Source of the DNA: a virus
Direction: 5' to 3' (one strand)
Virus record (IMG/VR): IMGVR_UViG_3300045988_115142
DNA length: 64,000 bases
Shown here: piece after piece, positions 44,153-53,458 of the stretch
Numbering within the stretch: position 1 is the stretch's first letter
Layout: every line of letters begins with the position of its first letter
Notes under the pieces: generated by a model
The model's input: the letters and a program-made list of their open reading frames with translations, nothing else
The model's database searches: none
What the model was told of the DNA's origin: nothing
Made by a program: the position numbers and the translations under genes

Positions 44153-44749
44153 ATGAAAGACTATCAAGCTAGTTATAGCGAAAAGTTTAAAGAAGCATTA
44201 AGAAAGTTTAATGACTCTGCAACAGCATTGTACTTCGTAGTACAAACATCTACAAGTCATGACTACGAAGATCCATTCACAACAGTAACTGTGTACAACA
44301 AGAAGAAAAATACAGATTGGGAAGCTACACTCTTATCCGAGTTCTGCTCCGATCCTAATAAAGATCTTATTGCTACATATCAAAAAGTTTCACTCACCAC
44401 CAAACCTGGTAAGGAATCTATAAATATTACTGTAATTAAAAACGTCATTGGTTTTGGTATTGCTACAAGCTTAGAACAAGTAAACGAAATCATCACTTAT
44501 ATGGAAGCAGATAATCGCGATCTTCGTAAAATCTATTTCTATGATTATGATTTGGTCATTCAAGAACTTGTACCACCTAAAGCTTCTGATTTAATTGCAA
44601 CTAAACCAAACTTTAGTCAACCAATTAATGGTGCTTATGGTACAATCACCACCTTCAATTCAGGAACAGCAGATACTGACAGTGTTGTTGATAAAACCGA
44701 GAAAGTACCGCTTCAACAAGTCGGTTCTATCCCTGGTTTTGAAGGGTAA
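44153..44749 (+). CDS. Hypothetical protein: folded domain, disordered tail, C-terminal IPGFEG tip
   Basis: The ATG at 44153 is preceded by AAGGAGG (the track start 44078 has no SD). The last ~45 aa are low in hydrophobics and end QQVGSIPGFEG. Confidence 0.75.
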   Translation: MKDYQASYSEKFKEALRKFNDSATALYFVVQTSTSHDYEDPFTTVTVYNKKKNTDWEATLLSEFCSDPNKDLIATYQKVSLTTKPGKESINITVIKNVIGFGIATSLEQVNEIITYMEADNRDLRKIYFYDYDLVIQELVPPKASDLIATKPNFSQPINGAYGTITTFNSGTADTDSVVDKTEKVPLQQVGSIPGFEG

Positions 44750-44765
44750 TTAATTTTGGTTTAAA

Positions 44766-44794
44766 CTGACAATAGCAGTTTGAATATATAATAT
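44766..44794 (+). promoter_or_regulatory. Candidate promoter (CTGACA - 17 nt - TAATAT, within TATATAATAT)
   Basis: 5/6 match at -35 and 4/6 at -10, about 30 nt upstream of the 44825 gene. Weak. Confidence 0.3.
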
Positions 44795-44824
44795 TTTATT
44801 AATCCACTTAGGAGGAAACAATCA

Positions 44825-45415
44825 ATGAAATTCGCAGAATCCGCAGTAGCAAATGCAGTACAATCCAACTTATTACAAGAAAAAATCGCTTGGTCTGCAA
44901 GCTTTACAGAAATCTTTATTAAAGCAGCTGTAGAAGGTATCACTACTTACCTTGGTCAAGTTAAAAACGAAGGTCCTAAAACTGTAGTAGTTAAAAATGG
45001 TGATAATACAGTAGTCTTTTCCGCATCTATCGAAAAACATGAATCCGATGATGGCGAAGGCTTCAGTGTAAACATGTTGGTTAACCCAACTGAAGATGAA
45101 TTAGTTGGTGATAAAGTAACATTCGACGATGTAGTATTATCTGCTATCTTCGAAAAAGTTGCTTCCAAATATCGTTTCAATATTGCACCAATCAATGGTC
45201 AAGAATACACTTCTAAATTGATTGCTGTAATGATCAAATCCATTAAGGAATACTTCCGTACAAATATCGATGTAGATCCTGTATTGGAAATTCCTAACTT
45301 CGTAATCTTCGAAGGTTATGTAGAAGATGACAAAGTTAAAGTTAAAGTAGTACTTGATGCAGCTATCAAACAAATCGTAAAAGATGATGCTGTATTAGAA
45401 GAAGAAGCAAAATAA
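44825..45415 (+). CDS. Acidic hypothetical protein, likely abundant
   Basis: AGGAGG upstream. Codon choice resembles that of the capsid-like gene (GGT/GCT/CGT/GTA-rich). No motif recognised. Confidence 0.75.
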   Translation: MKFAESAVANAVQSNLLQEKIAWSASFTEIFIKAAVEGITTYLGQVKNEGPKTVVVKNGDNTVVFSASIEKHESDDGEGFSVNMLVNPTEDELVGDKVTFDDVVLSAIFEKVASKYRFNIAPINGQEYTSKLIAVMIKSIKEYFRTNIDVDPVLEIPNFVIFEGYVEDDKVKVKVVLDAAIKQIVKDDAVLEEEAK

Positions 45416-45429
45416 TTGCTGGGGTAACA

Positions 45430-46083
45430 ATGGACATCAAAAAAGCAGTATTACAAAATAAGACTTTAGACGTAGTTTCTATGTCTGAATTTGGTCGCTT
45501 AATTGATAATAATGCTCCATTCTTACGAGATGTCTGTGTAGAGATCGGAGACTATGTATATCCATACAAAGAGTCTCCGAAATCTAAACGTGATGTCTGT
45601 ATTACTAATTTTGGTCCTCTTATTACTTGGCAAGAACCAACTACAGAAGAGGATAAAGAAGCATACTCTGCTAATAACATCGTTGACTTATCTCCAAAGA
45701 ATACAAAAAGTTTGGTAGATAATATTCGAGCAGCTGATAAGATTAAAAGTCTTGAAAGTACTCGTTTAGCTAAAATCAGTAATGTACTTACCTTACCTAT
45801 CAATGAAGAAGATTCCGAAGAATTAGTTGCTATCAAGCAAGCTATTAACGCTAAAGGAATCGACTCAGATTCATATAAGGCTAAGTTCCCATCTGAATCT
45901 GATTTTAACAACGATATGCGTGCTCTTAAATCCGCAGCTAATAATAACATTAGTTTCTTTAAAGCTAAGCGTGTATTAAATGCATTTGATATTGATATGG
46001 AACTCATTATCAAAGACAAACCAGATGCAGTTAATCCAATTGGTGAAGAAATCCGTGTATCATTAACTGGTGAAAAAGATTAG
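45430..46083 (+). CDS. Hypothetical protein
   Basis: Track ORF. No motif recognised. Confidence 0.7.
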   Translation: MDIKKAVLQNKTLDVVSMSEFGRLIDNNAPFLRDVCVEIGDYVYPYKESPKSKRDVCITNFGPLITWQEPTTEEDKEAYSANNIVDLSPKNTKSLVDNIRAADKIKSLESTRLAKISNVLTLPINEEDSEELVAIKQAINAKGIDSDSYKAKFPSESDFNNDMRALKSAANNNISFFKAKRVLNAFDIDMELIIKDKPDAVNPIGEEIRVSLTGEKD

Positions 46084-46149
46084 TAATTACTGTAGTTATA
46101 TTATGCAAAAATTTTACAATAGATTACTAATTGAAGGAGCAATACAATA

Positions 46150-47862
46150 ATGATCACTCAAAGAGAATTCATTAAACGATTTACCGAGAAAACAACTATT
46201 CCATTCAACGGTGATTTATTTGTGCGTTCTGATGATGATATTGTAGAGCATTTGAAAAAGATAATCCTTTCATGTCAAACATCGAATGGTATCTTTGCAG
46301 TCAAAGTTAAGGGCTTTGAACTTATCGAAGGATATACAAACGTCCAAGAAACTTTGAAAGAGTATTATTCTAAAAATAATAATCGGAATCGTAAGAAAGG
46401 TGCTGCTGATGAAAATCAGTATAACTATATCAATCTAAAAGATTCGATTATCAAGATTTTAGTCGTAGATTATCATCTAATGGCTAAGGGTCAGGAAGAG
46501 AACCTTCGGGTTCTCATCATGATCCCTGAAGTTGTTAAAAAGTTTTATTTTTATCTTAATGGGAATTATTACCTCCCTATGTATCAAATCGTAGATAGAA
46601 GTACTTACAATTCAACTTCAGCTAAGAATGAGAAGGATTATATCACACAGAAGACCAACTTCCAACCGATAAATATCTATCGACATGTGTATGAACTTAA
46701 TACTTCTGATGGTGAAACAGTTCCAGCGACTGAGTTCGATTGTAATATCTTCAAAAAGACATTCCCAGCATCATTATTCCTATTCGCTAGATATGGTTTA
46801 ACTGGTGCATTACGTGAACTTGGTTTAGATAAGATATTTGTATTCACATCAGACGATAAGTTCAAAGATGATCCTGAAATACTCACATTTATTCCAAATA
46901 CTAATACGAATATACACATCAACGTACCAAAAAGTATTTATAAAAATAATCAACTCGTTCAGCATATAGTCTATACACTCTGTATGCGAACTGATAAGCA
47001 TCTCAGTCTAAATGGTCTATTCGATACTGAGTATTGGGTAGGTAAGTTAGGTGAGACATTTAGTGTAGCTAATAAGCTCATTAAAGGTCACAGTATTCTA
47101 CGTTCCTTTGAGTCTATCTTAGACTTCAATATCCAAGAGCAACTTCGTTTACCTTGGACAGCTAAGAAAGATATGTTCTGTGTTCTTATGTGGATGCTTA
47201 AAGAATATTCTTCCTTAAGAGAACGTGATACATTGGATGTAACTAAGAAGAAATTGCGTTATGGTGAATATATCGCAGCTACTTATGCTAAGACTTTAAA
47301 TTCTAAGATTTATCGTCTAAGCAATAACGGTAACCGTGTAGATATTGATTATATTCGCAAAAACTTAGATATCCAACCGGACTATTTAATAAAAGAGCTT
47401 ACTCGCAGTCAATTGATTGCGTTTAGAAATGCTGTAACGAGTGTTGACTCTATTACAGCATTGAAATTTACTTACAAAGGCATCTCTGGTATTGGTGAAA
47501 ACAAAGCCAATAGCGTATCAGATTCTTTCCGTCTATTAGATATCTCTAATATGGGTATCCTAGATCCAGATGCATCTTCCGCATCAGATCCTGGTATTTC
47601 TGGTTCTGTAGTTCCTATGCTTAAACCAGCTGCTCATGGATATCTTTCAGATGAACCTGAACCGATGTTCTGGCAAGATGATTTCAATGCACTTTATGAA
47701 GAGTATAAAAAGATTAAAGGGCTACAAGAACTCATCGAATTCAAAGCTGACGTTTTGGGTGACGAAGAAGCTGCTAAGAATGTGGCTATGGCTCGCATTG
47801 CTACAGAGATGGCTACTAATGTTAACTCTACTTTAGCAAGAATCGTTGAGGAAAATGAATAA
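46150..47862 (+). CDS. Phage multisubunit RNA polymerase, beta subunit N-terminal half
   Basis: SQLIAFRNAVTSVDSITALKFTYKGISGIG...FRLLDISNMGILDPDASSASDPGISGSVVPML aligns with the bacterial beta Rif-region/fork segment QLSQFMDQ..SEITHKRRISALGPGGL...[25 protein letters not shown]. Confidence 0.7.
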   Translation: MITQREFIKRFTEKTTIPFNGDLFVRSDDDIVEHLKKIILSCQTSNGIFAVKVKGFELIEGYTNVQETLKEYYSKNNNRNRKKGAADENQYNYINLKDSIIKILVVDYHLMAKGQEENLRVLIMIPEVVKKFYFYLNGNYYLPMYQIVDRSTYNSTSAKNEKDYITQKTNFQPINIYRHVYELNTSDGETVPATEFDCNIFKKTFPASLFLFARYGLTGALRELGLDKIFVFTSDDKFKDDPEILTFIPNTNTNIHINVPKSIYKNNQLVQHIVYTLCMRTDKHLSLNGLFDTEYWVGKLGETFSVANKLIKGHSILRSFESILDFNIQEQLRLPWTAKKDMFCVLMWMLKEYSSLRERDTLDVTKKKLRYGEYIAATYAKTLNSKIYRLSNNGNRVDIDYIRKNLDIQPDYLIKELTRSQLIAFRNAVTSVDSITALKFTYKGISGIGENKANSVSDSFRLLDISNMGILDPDASSASDPGISGSVVPMLKPAAHGYLSDEPEPMFWQDDFNALYEEYKKIKGLQELIEFKADVLGDEEAAKNVAMARIATEMATNVNSTLARIVEENE

Positions 47863-48107
47863 TGGCTACTATGTATACTCGTTACTTTGTTTTCTCTTCT
47901 AAACAAGTAGAAGAGATGAACAAAATTGCTGATCAACGCGGAGCTTCCAGACCTAAGCTCGGCACAGTTGTTGTAAATGGAATTCCAAAAGAATTTACAG
48001 CAATTTTAACAAACATCGACCATATGAAATATGCCGATAGTAAGGTACTCATCTCTGGTGATATCAGAACTATCAAGCATAATATGGGAGACCTTAATTT
48101 ACTATAA
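47862..48107 (+). CDS. Hypothetical protein (translationally coupled to RNAP beta-N)
   Basis: TAATG start/stop overlap with 46150..47862. Confidence 0.65.
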   Translation: MATMYTRYFVFSSKQVEEMNKIADQRGASRPKLGTVVVNGIPKEFTAILTNIDHMKYADSKVLISGDIRTIKHNMGDLNLL

Positions 48108-48397
48108 TGGAAAATGACGGTCTACTTCATGTAATCAAAAGGCTCCCTATGGGAATCTGCCCAGTATGTGGGAAACCACTAATGCTACTTAGGTCTGAAT
48201 ATACTGCGTATATTTTAGCAGAGTCTGGTTACATTAGAAGCAAAGTGGATGAAAAATCCGAAATGAAAATGATTTGTCCTAAATGTGGATATACTGAAAA
48301 TGCTAGAGTTGGTGATGATGGTATCATCCCAGAACGTCTAGATGATTTAGTACCATCTACTGGAGAAATCAAGAACAACCCTATTGGGTCGAAATAA
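48107..48397 (+). CDS. Zinc-ribbon protein
   Basis: CPVCGK...CPKCGY, two CxxC pairs about 45 aa apart. TAATG overlap with the upstream gene. Confidence 0.65.
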   Translation: MENDGLLHVIKRLPMGICPVCGKPLMLLRSEYTAYILAESGYIRSKVDEKSEMKMICPKCGYTENARVGDDGIIPERLDDLVPSTGEIKNNPIGSK

Positions 48398-48408
48398 GAA
48401 GTTGTTAT

Positions 48409-48434
48409 CCCATTACCCAATATTGGGTAATGGG
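48409..48434 (+). terminator. Intrinsic terminator, perfect palindrome
   Basis: CCCATTACCCAATATTGGGTAATGGG followed by GTTTCTTTCAAAAAAA. Confidence 0.8.
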
Positions 48435-48500
48435 GTTTCTTTCAAAAAAATATTAAGCGAGTAATATAAATTACTTGATATAAATTAGGAGGAATTACTC

Positions 48501-50033
48501 ATGGAAAAAATCAAATTAACAGAAGAACTTGAAAGATTAATTAGTCGTGGTCAATACAATGGTCAAGATGACAAATTAAAAGATGTCATTACAAATGAAG
48601 GTGTTTGTAGAAATATCTTTGCAGATGACGATTCTTTTGATGCGGTAAGTGAATTTACTGTAGATATGCTAGCATTATTATTAGGATACATGGCTGTAAG
48701 ATTAGGTGAGTTTAACGATCCTAATGAATACATTCATACTATTTCTAAATTCGCTGCATTGTTCGATATCGATTCAGCTTCTTATTATGATGAAGAGAAA
48801 AAAGATTTTGATTTAGAACGATTAGTGTATGATATCGCTACTAAAAATTATGAATCCTATTGGAATTATGATGAAATTTCCAAACACCCAGAAGAATTAG
48901 AATTATTCACTAAGGTATACAATAACGATATCCAAACTTTATTGGCTGCTGTAGCTGCTGGTGATAGAAGTATTGCTATGCAAATACTTAATCCAAAAAC
49001 AATGCTATTCTATAGCAGCAAACTAATAGCTAAGAAACCTGAAAATGAAGAAGAAGAAATGAAGATGGTTGCTAAATTAGAAACAATGAATGATCTTTCT
49101 GTTATTTTAGCAAAAGCTATTGGTCTTTATGGTGAAGGTGATAAAGATAAATTATTCCTTGATTCTATTAAGGATAATCCAATTAATAATGTTATGGATC
49201 CTGATAGTATTCTTAAATTATCTAAGACTCTAATGTCTATTTTCAATGGATATTTAGATTCTCAAGCTGAAGAAGATGGTCCATTCCCAGTATTTAATTT
49301 ACTAAGTCAAGAAGGTCATACCTTCCCATTGACTTTCACACCTAAAGTTGTTGATGACTTCAAATTCTTAGTATCTGTATTGACAATCAAATTATTCTAT
49401 GATAAGAAAAAATTCAATGCAGATACCTTTGATTCTATCTTCCGTCCTAAGGATAAAGAATTAGCTGAAAAGGTATTGGCTAAACTTGTTGAAAGCCCAC
49501 TATTTAAAGAAACCATAGTTAAGGATATCGATATCTTTAATGAAAGTGGTGACTTTGATTTATTCGAAGCTCTTCAAGAACTTACAAGTGTAACTAACCC
49601 TTGTAATCTATTCTTAAAACGTTATGCATTTTATGCAGGATTTGAAGAACTTAGAGAGACTTATGAAACTATAAGATCTATTTTTACTGAAACTAAGGAA
49701 CAAAAGATCGTCTTCGATGCCTTTGAATCTAGACTTCTATTCAACTTATTATATCCTGCATTCATGGCATTCCTAGTAGTCTCTGAAGATCAAGAAATCT
49801 ATACAGAATTCTTGAAAAAGACAAGAGAAATTCTTCATGATAATATTGGAGAAGAAAAGCGGAATGTTTCTCTACTAGCAGCTTCCTATAATATAGTAGC
49901 AGACGATGAATTCTTCGAAATCTGTACTCTAGCTCAAAAGATTGATGAATTATCTGCCAGAGCTGTTGAAGATTGTGAGATCGATGAATTACCTGATAAC
50001 GTTGTCAAATTCGATAGAAGCAAATTAAGCTAA
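48501..50033 (+). CDS. Hypothetical protein
   Basis: 510-aa track ORF with AGGAGG upstream. Appears largely helical and acidic. No motif recognised. Confidence 0.8.
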   Translation: MEKIKLTEELERLISRGQYNGQDDKLKDVITNEGVCRNIFADDDSFDAVSEFTVDMLALLLGYMAVRLGEFNDPNEYIHTISKFAALFDIDSASYYDEEKKDFDLERLVYDIATKNYESYWNYDEISKHPEELELFTKVYNNDIQTLLAAVAAGDRSIAMQILNPKTMLFYSSKLIAKKPENEEEEMKMVAKLETMNDLSVILAKAIGLYGEGDKDKLFLDSIKDNPINNVMDPDSILKLSKTLMSIFNGYLDSQAEEDGPFPVFNLLSQEGHTFPLTFTPKVVDDFKFLVSVLTIKLFYDKKKFNADTFDSIFRPKDKELAEKVLAKLVESPLFKETIVKDIDIFNESGDFDLFEALQELTSVTNPCNLFLKRYAFYAGFEELRETYETIRSIFTETKEQKIVFDAFESRLLFNLLYPAFMAFLVVSEDQEIYTEFLKKTREILHDNIGEEKRNVSLLAASYNIVADDEFFEICTLAQKIDELSARAVEDCEIDELPDNVVKFDRSKLS

Positions 50034-50048
50034 TCGTAAACTCCCAGT

Positions 50049-50070
50049 AATGGGCACTTATGTGCCCATT
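50049..50070 (+). terminator. Intrinsic terminator
   Basis: AATGGGCAC-TTAT-GTGCCCATT followed by ATTTTTTG. Confidence 0.85.
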
Positions 50071-50138
50071 ATTTTTTGTCTTATATGAACTTTATAATAA
50101 TTGAAATGGATTTTAGATTAAAAAATTAGGGAGGACAA

Positions 50139-52388
50139 ATGAGACCGTATCCATTGATGAAAAATTACAAACGCACCGACCATTCAAATCTCATCGATGC
50201 TCTCCGGGAATGGAAATCATTCTCTGACAATGTTGAAAACAACTTTGAACAAGCTACTTTTATTTTTTCTCAAGCCCTTAAAGGAATTGATGAATTAGAA
50301 GCTAGTAATGAATTTAGAGGAAAGAACGATTATATTTTCTCCCTAATTCACACTGCGTCGAGGTTCTATAATATAGCATTAGATGAGTATATCAAACTTT
50401 CCGGTAAGTTTAAACCAACTAAGTATTTAGAACTACTTCATTTATATCTTAAAGATTCTAAATCAGGTGAAGGTTATATCAAAAAAGAGTATGAATTATA
50501 TACTATGGGTTTAGCTGCTAAACGTGTCGAAGAAAACCATAATATTATTCAAAAACGTTTTGATATCAAATCTATTATCGTCAAATTACTTGGTATCGAT
50601 GAAGAAGGTTCTGATATTTATTATAAATATAGATATATCGTTCCAATCCTTGGGGTTCATCTTGCTTCTTTGATTGATACTTATAGAATGGATCCTGTTC
50701 AAAAAGCTGTCTTGACTATTGAAGAACTTCACTACGTTATCAAATATATTGAAAGAAATTCCAAAGAAGAATGTTTCTCTACTATATTCGATAATATCTT
50801 AGGACCTGCATTCTATTATATCAATGCATATAAAGATACAGATAATGAAGTTACTTTAGAAGATATTGTAGATGAATTATTAAAGGCTAATTGGATTCCT
50901 TTCGATGGTAAACAATATCTAAAGAATAGTTTTAGTGAATTTGAAGATCGTATTAAAGAATACAAAGGTTTAGTTCCTGTATGGGCTAATGGTATAACTG
51001 CAAATGTAGTTTGTTATATCTTAAAAACTTATGCAGAAGATAATACTATTGGTAGACCTAAGTCTTTCTTCAACTTTATCAACGAAGAAGATTACCCTAT
51101 GGAAATCAAAGGTATTGAAGTAGATTATACTGATAAAATTTTCCTTTATACTATCCTAACTATCTTACCTATTCTTTATACAGATAAAACAGCAGAGGGT
51201 ACTCATATTGATGATCCTATAGCTATAGAAGTATTCGTTAAAAAACGAATCAAAGAATCTAAATCTACTAAACTTGTATGTGATGCTATCAGATTCTCTT
51301 CATATATCATTGGTCTAGTATGTGGCAATGAAAAATTAGGTAATTTCTTAAGAAGTATTGCCGATGAATATATGATTGCAGAAGAAAAGAAAGAAGAAAA
51401 AATGGACGCAATTGATCATGCTCTAATGAGACCTTCATACATTAAATGTGCTGAAATGGCAGAAGAAGCCGCTGAGATTATTTCTCTATCTGAAGAGTAT
51501 TCCTCTGCTCCTAAATTTAATATTTGTCAAGATACAATTATTAAATTCCCAGAAGCAATTCCATTCTTTGAATACTATGCTCGTACTTATCCAGAACACC
51601 TCGACAGAGATATTCTATTAAATAGAGCAGAATTGGTAATTAAAGAAAATGCTATCTCTAGTAAGATGGATATGGATCTTGCTGCTAATATCTCTAAAGT
51701 AAATACATATCGTAATCGTCTAGTAGAAACTGTTAAAGTAGATGATCCTGTAGAATACTTCCGAAACTTCACAGAAGCTACTCAATTAATGGAAGATATC
51801 ATGGCTTTCATTGAATCATATGACTCTGATTTTGATGATGACTACGATGATGACGATGACGAAAAAGAAGAATTAACTCCTAAGCAAAAACAAGAACAAA
51901 AGAAAAAAGTTGAAGCAACTAAGAAAAGTCTTCTTAGTAGAATGGCTGATGTTCTAGCTAAAGCTGGTGGTGCTGTTGAAAAGGTAAAACCTAAGCTTAA
52001 ATCTGTCAGTAGTAAAATTATCGATGTTTTAGCCAATATTACTACTATGGGTGATGAAGAAAAGATCGCTCAATTAAAGACAAAGATCTTACCTAACCTT
52101 AGAAATATCTTGATGGTAATCGTAACAGCTGGTTTAGCTATTACAACACCATATCTTTTGGTATTGGTATTAGTAATTAACGCTATTAGCACAACAAATA
52201 CTTCCGTTGAAACTAAGAAGATCGTTAAAGATGAACTTGATGTAGAATTGGGTATTGTTGAAAAGAAACTCAATACAGCTGACCTTACTGAAAGTGATGA
52301 AAAGAAACTTCTTATGCTTAAGAGTAAAATCAATCGTCAAATTGAACGTATTGATAAAGAAATTGAAAAGGCTAAATCCAAGAAATAG
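50139..52388 (+). CDS. Large hypothetical protein with poly-Asp run and C-proximal hydrophobic segment
   Basis: 749-aa track ORF with GGGAGG upstream. Contains DSDFDDDYDDDDDEKEE, the hydrophobic stretch ILMVIVTAGLAITTPYLLVLVLVINAI, and a coiled-coil-like tail. Confidence 0.8.
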   Translation: MRPYPLMKNYKRTDHSNLIDALREWKSFSDNVENNFEQATFIFSQALKGIDELEASNEFRGKNDYIFSLIHTASRFYNIALDEYIKLSGKFKPTKYLELLHLYLKDSKSGEGYIKKEYELYTMGLAAKRVEENHNIIQKRFDIKSIIVKLLGIDEEGSDIYYKYRYIVPILGVHLASLIDTYRMDPVQKAVLTIEELHYVIKYIERNSKEECFSTIFDNILGPAFYYINAYKDTDNEVTLEDIVDELLKANWIPFDGKQYLKNSFSEFEDRIKEYKGLVPVWANGITANVVCYILKTYAEDNTIGRPKSFFNFINEEDYPMEIKGIEVDYTDKIFLYTILTILPILYTDKTAEGTHIDDPIAIEVFVKKRIKESKSTKLVCDAIRFSSYIIGLVCGNEKLGNFLRSIADEYMIAEEKKEEKMDAIDHALMRPSYIKCAEMAEEAAEIISLSEEYSSAPKFNICQDTIIKFPEAIPFFEYYARTYPEHLDRDILLNRAELVIKENAISSKMDMDLAANISKVNTYRNRLVETVKVDDPVEYFRNFTEATQLMEDIMAFIESYDSDFDDDYDDDDDEKEELTPKQKQEQKKKVEATKKSLLSRMADVLAKAGGAVEKVKPKLKSVSSKIIDVLANITTMGDEEKIAQLKTKILPNLRNILMVIVTAGLAITTPYLLVLVLVINAISTTNTSVETKKIVKDELDVELGIVEKKLNTADLTESDEKKLLMLKSKINRQIERIDKEIEKAKSKK

Positions 52389-52396
52389 GAGGTCAT

Positions 52397-53335
52397 ATGT
52401 TTGCATTTGATGATGAATTTGGTTTATTTGATGAAGATGTGATCTTCGATAACGAAGATATACTTCATGAAGCACCAAATGATGATAATAAAAAAGAAAA
52501 TAAAGGACAAAATGGTAGTGGAGATAATACCGACTCAACAGAAGATGATGCTCCTACTGACTATACTGATGGTAGTGAAAGCCCTAACACCCCCGTAGAC
52601 GATGAGGGCAATCCAGATTATACAGAAGAAGAGGAACCGGATTATGATGAAGAATCCGGTAATGATCCAGAAAATGATCAAACTAATACTGATTCTGAAT
52701 CTGATGATACTAACACAGAAGTAAAGTCAGATGAAGGAGATGGTGAAATACCAGATTCTGATAACGCTGACGGTAATATCGATACTGATACTGAAGGAAC
52801 TGATGATGATTCTGATTCACCAGATTATACTTCAGAAGAAGATCCTTCTGCAGCTGAAGGAGAACCAGGGGATGACACCGATGGTGCTGGTGACGAAGAA
52901 GCTGGAGATGGTGACGCTACTGGAGATGATATGGGTGGAGAAGATACCACTGATGATACTTCAGGTGATACTACCGAAGGTGGAGATGGTGAAATCTCTC
53001 AACTTCAAAATGACTTGTTCTCTAACCTTTCTGATGAGCAAATGAAGCTTAGGATTAATAGTATTAAAGACTCCTTTATTGAGTTATACTCAAACGTTGA
53101 TAATACGTCTAAGCAGATCCTGCTAGTTAATCGATCTTCTGATAATATCGTAGCTATCAATTATATTAATGAAACTTTAGGTGCCCTAAAAGATATGATT
53201 AGGGATGCCCTTACAGTTTCTTTTGGTACTCGTTCTATAGCAGAAAATCAGATTGTGTTACAAAAGCTTGTTGCTATCTATTCTTTGGTTTATAAAATCG
53301 TAGAAAAGATTGGCAACAGGAAAGAAGAAAAATAG
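52397..53335 (+). CDS. Polyacidic protein (possible scaffold/internal head protein or DNA mimic)
   Basis: About 200 aa consist almost exclusively of D, E, G, T, S, N and P, followed by a ~110-aa helical-looking C-terminal domain. Located directly upstream of the capsid-like gene. Confidence 0.5.
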   Translation: MFAFDDEFGLFDEDVIFDNEDILHEAPNDDNKKENKGQNGSGDNTDSTEDDAPTDYTDGSESPNTPVDDEGNPDYTEEEEPDYDEESGNDPENDQTNTDSESDDTNTEVKSDEGDGEIPDSDNADGNIDTDTEGTDDDSDSPDYTSEEDPSAAEGEPGDDTDGAGDEEAGDGDATGDDMGGEDTTDDTSGDTTEGGDGEISQLQNDLFSNLSDEQMKLRINSIKDSFIELYSNVDNTSKQILLVNRSSDNIVAINYINETLGALKDMIRDALTVSFGTRSIAENQIVLQKLVAIYSLVYKIVEKIGNRKEEK

Positions 53336-53458
53336 AAATTATTTGGGATAAGAACCCAACCACTTATAAATAGATTCTACTGATGATAGTAGAGATGTGT
53401 GTGACAGATAGACACTGTGATGAAATTTAATATTCTCATATAAGGAGGAATATTCCTA

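Noticed and set aside
11584-44794. Recurring TATATAATAT boxes upstream of genes (11584, 16140, 44785; ATATAATAT at 39259) as a phage-specific promoter consensus
   Set aside because: In DNA this AT-rich such 10-mers are expected by chance. Distances to start codons vary from 31 to 76 nt. I cannot compute enrichment. 5'-end mapping and genome-wide motif statistics would be needed before calling it.
45552-46019. 155-aa minus-strand ORF antisense to 45430..46083
   Set aside because: It has no SD and a Leu/Ser-rich antisense composition. The + strand gene fits the operon structure.
52170-53045. ORFs 52170..52538 (-) and 52731..53045 (+, alternative frame) in the polyacidic region
   Set aside because: They are frame-shifted or antisense readings of GAT/GAA-rich repeats. 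They have no SD, and the annotated frames are contiguous and SD-supported.
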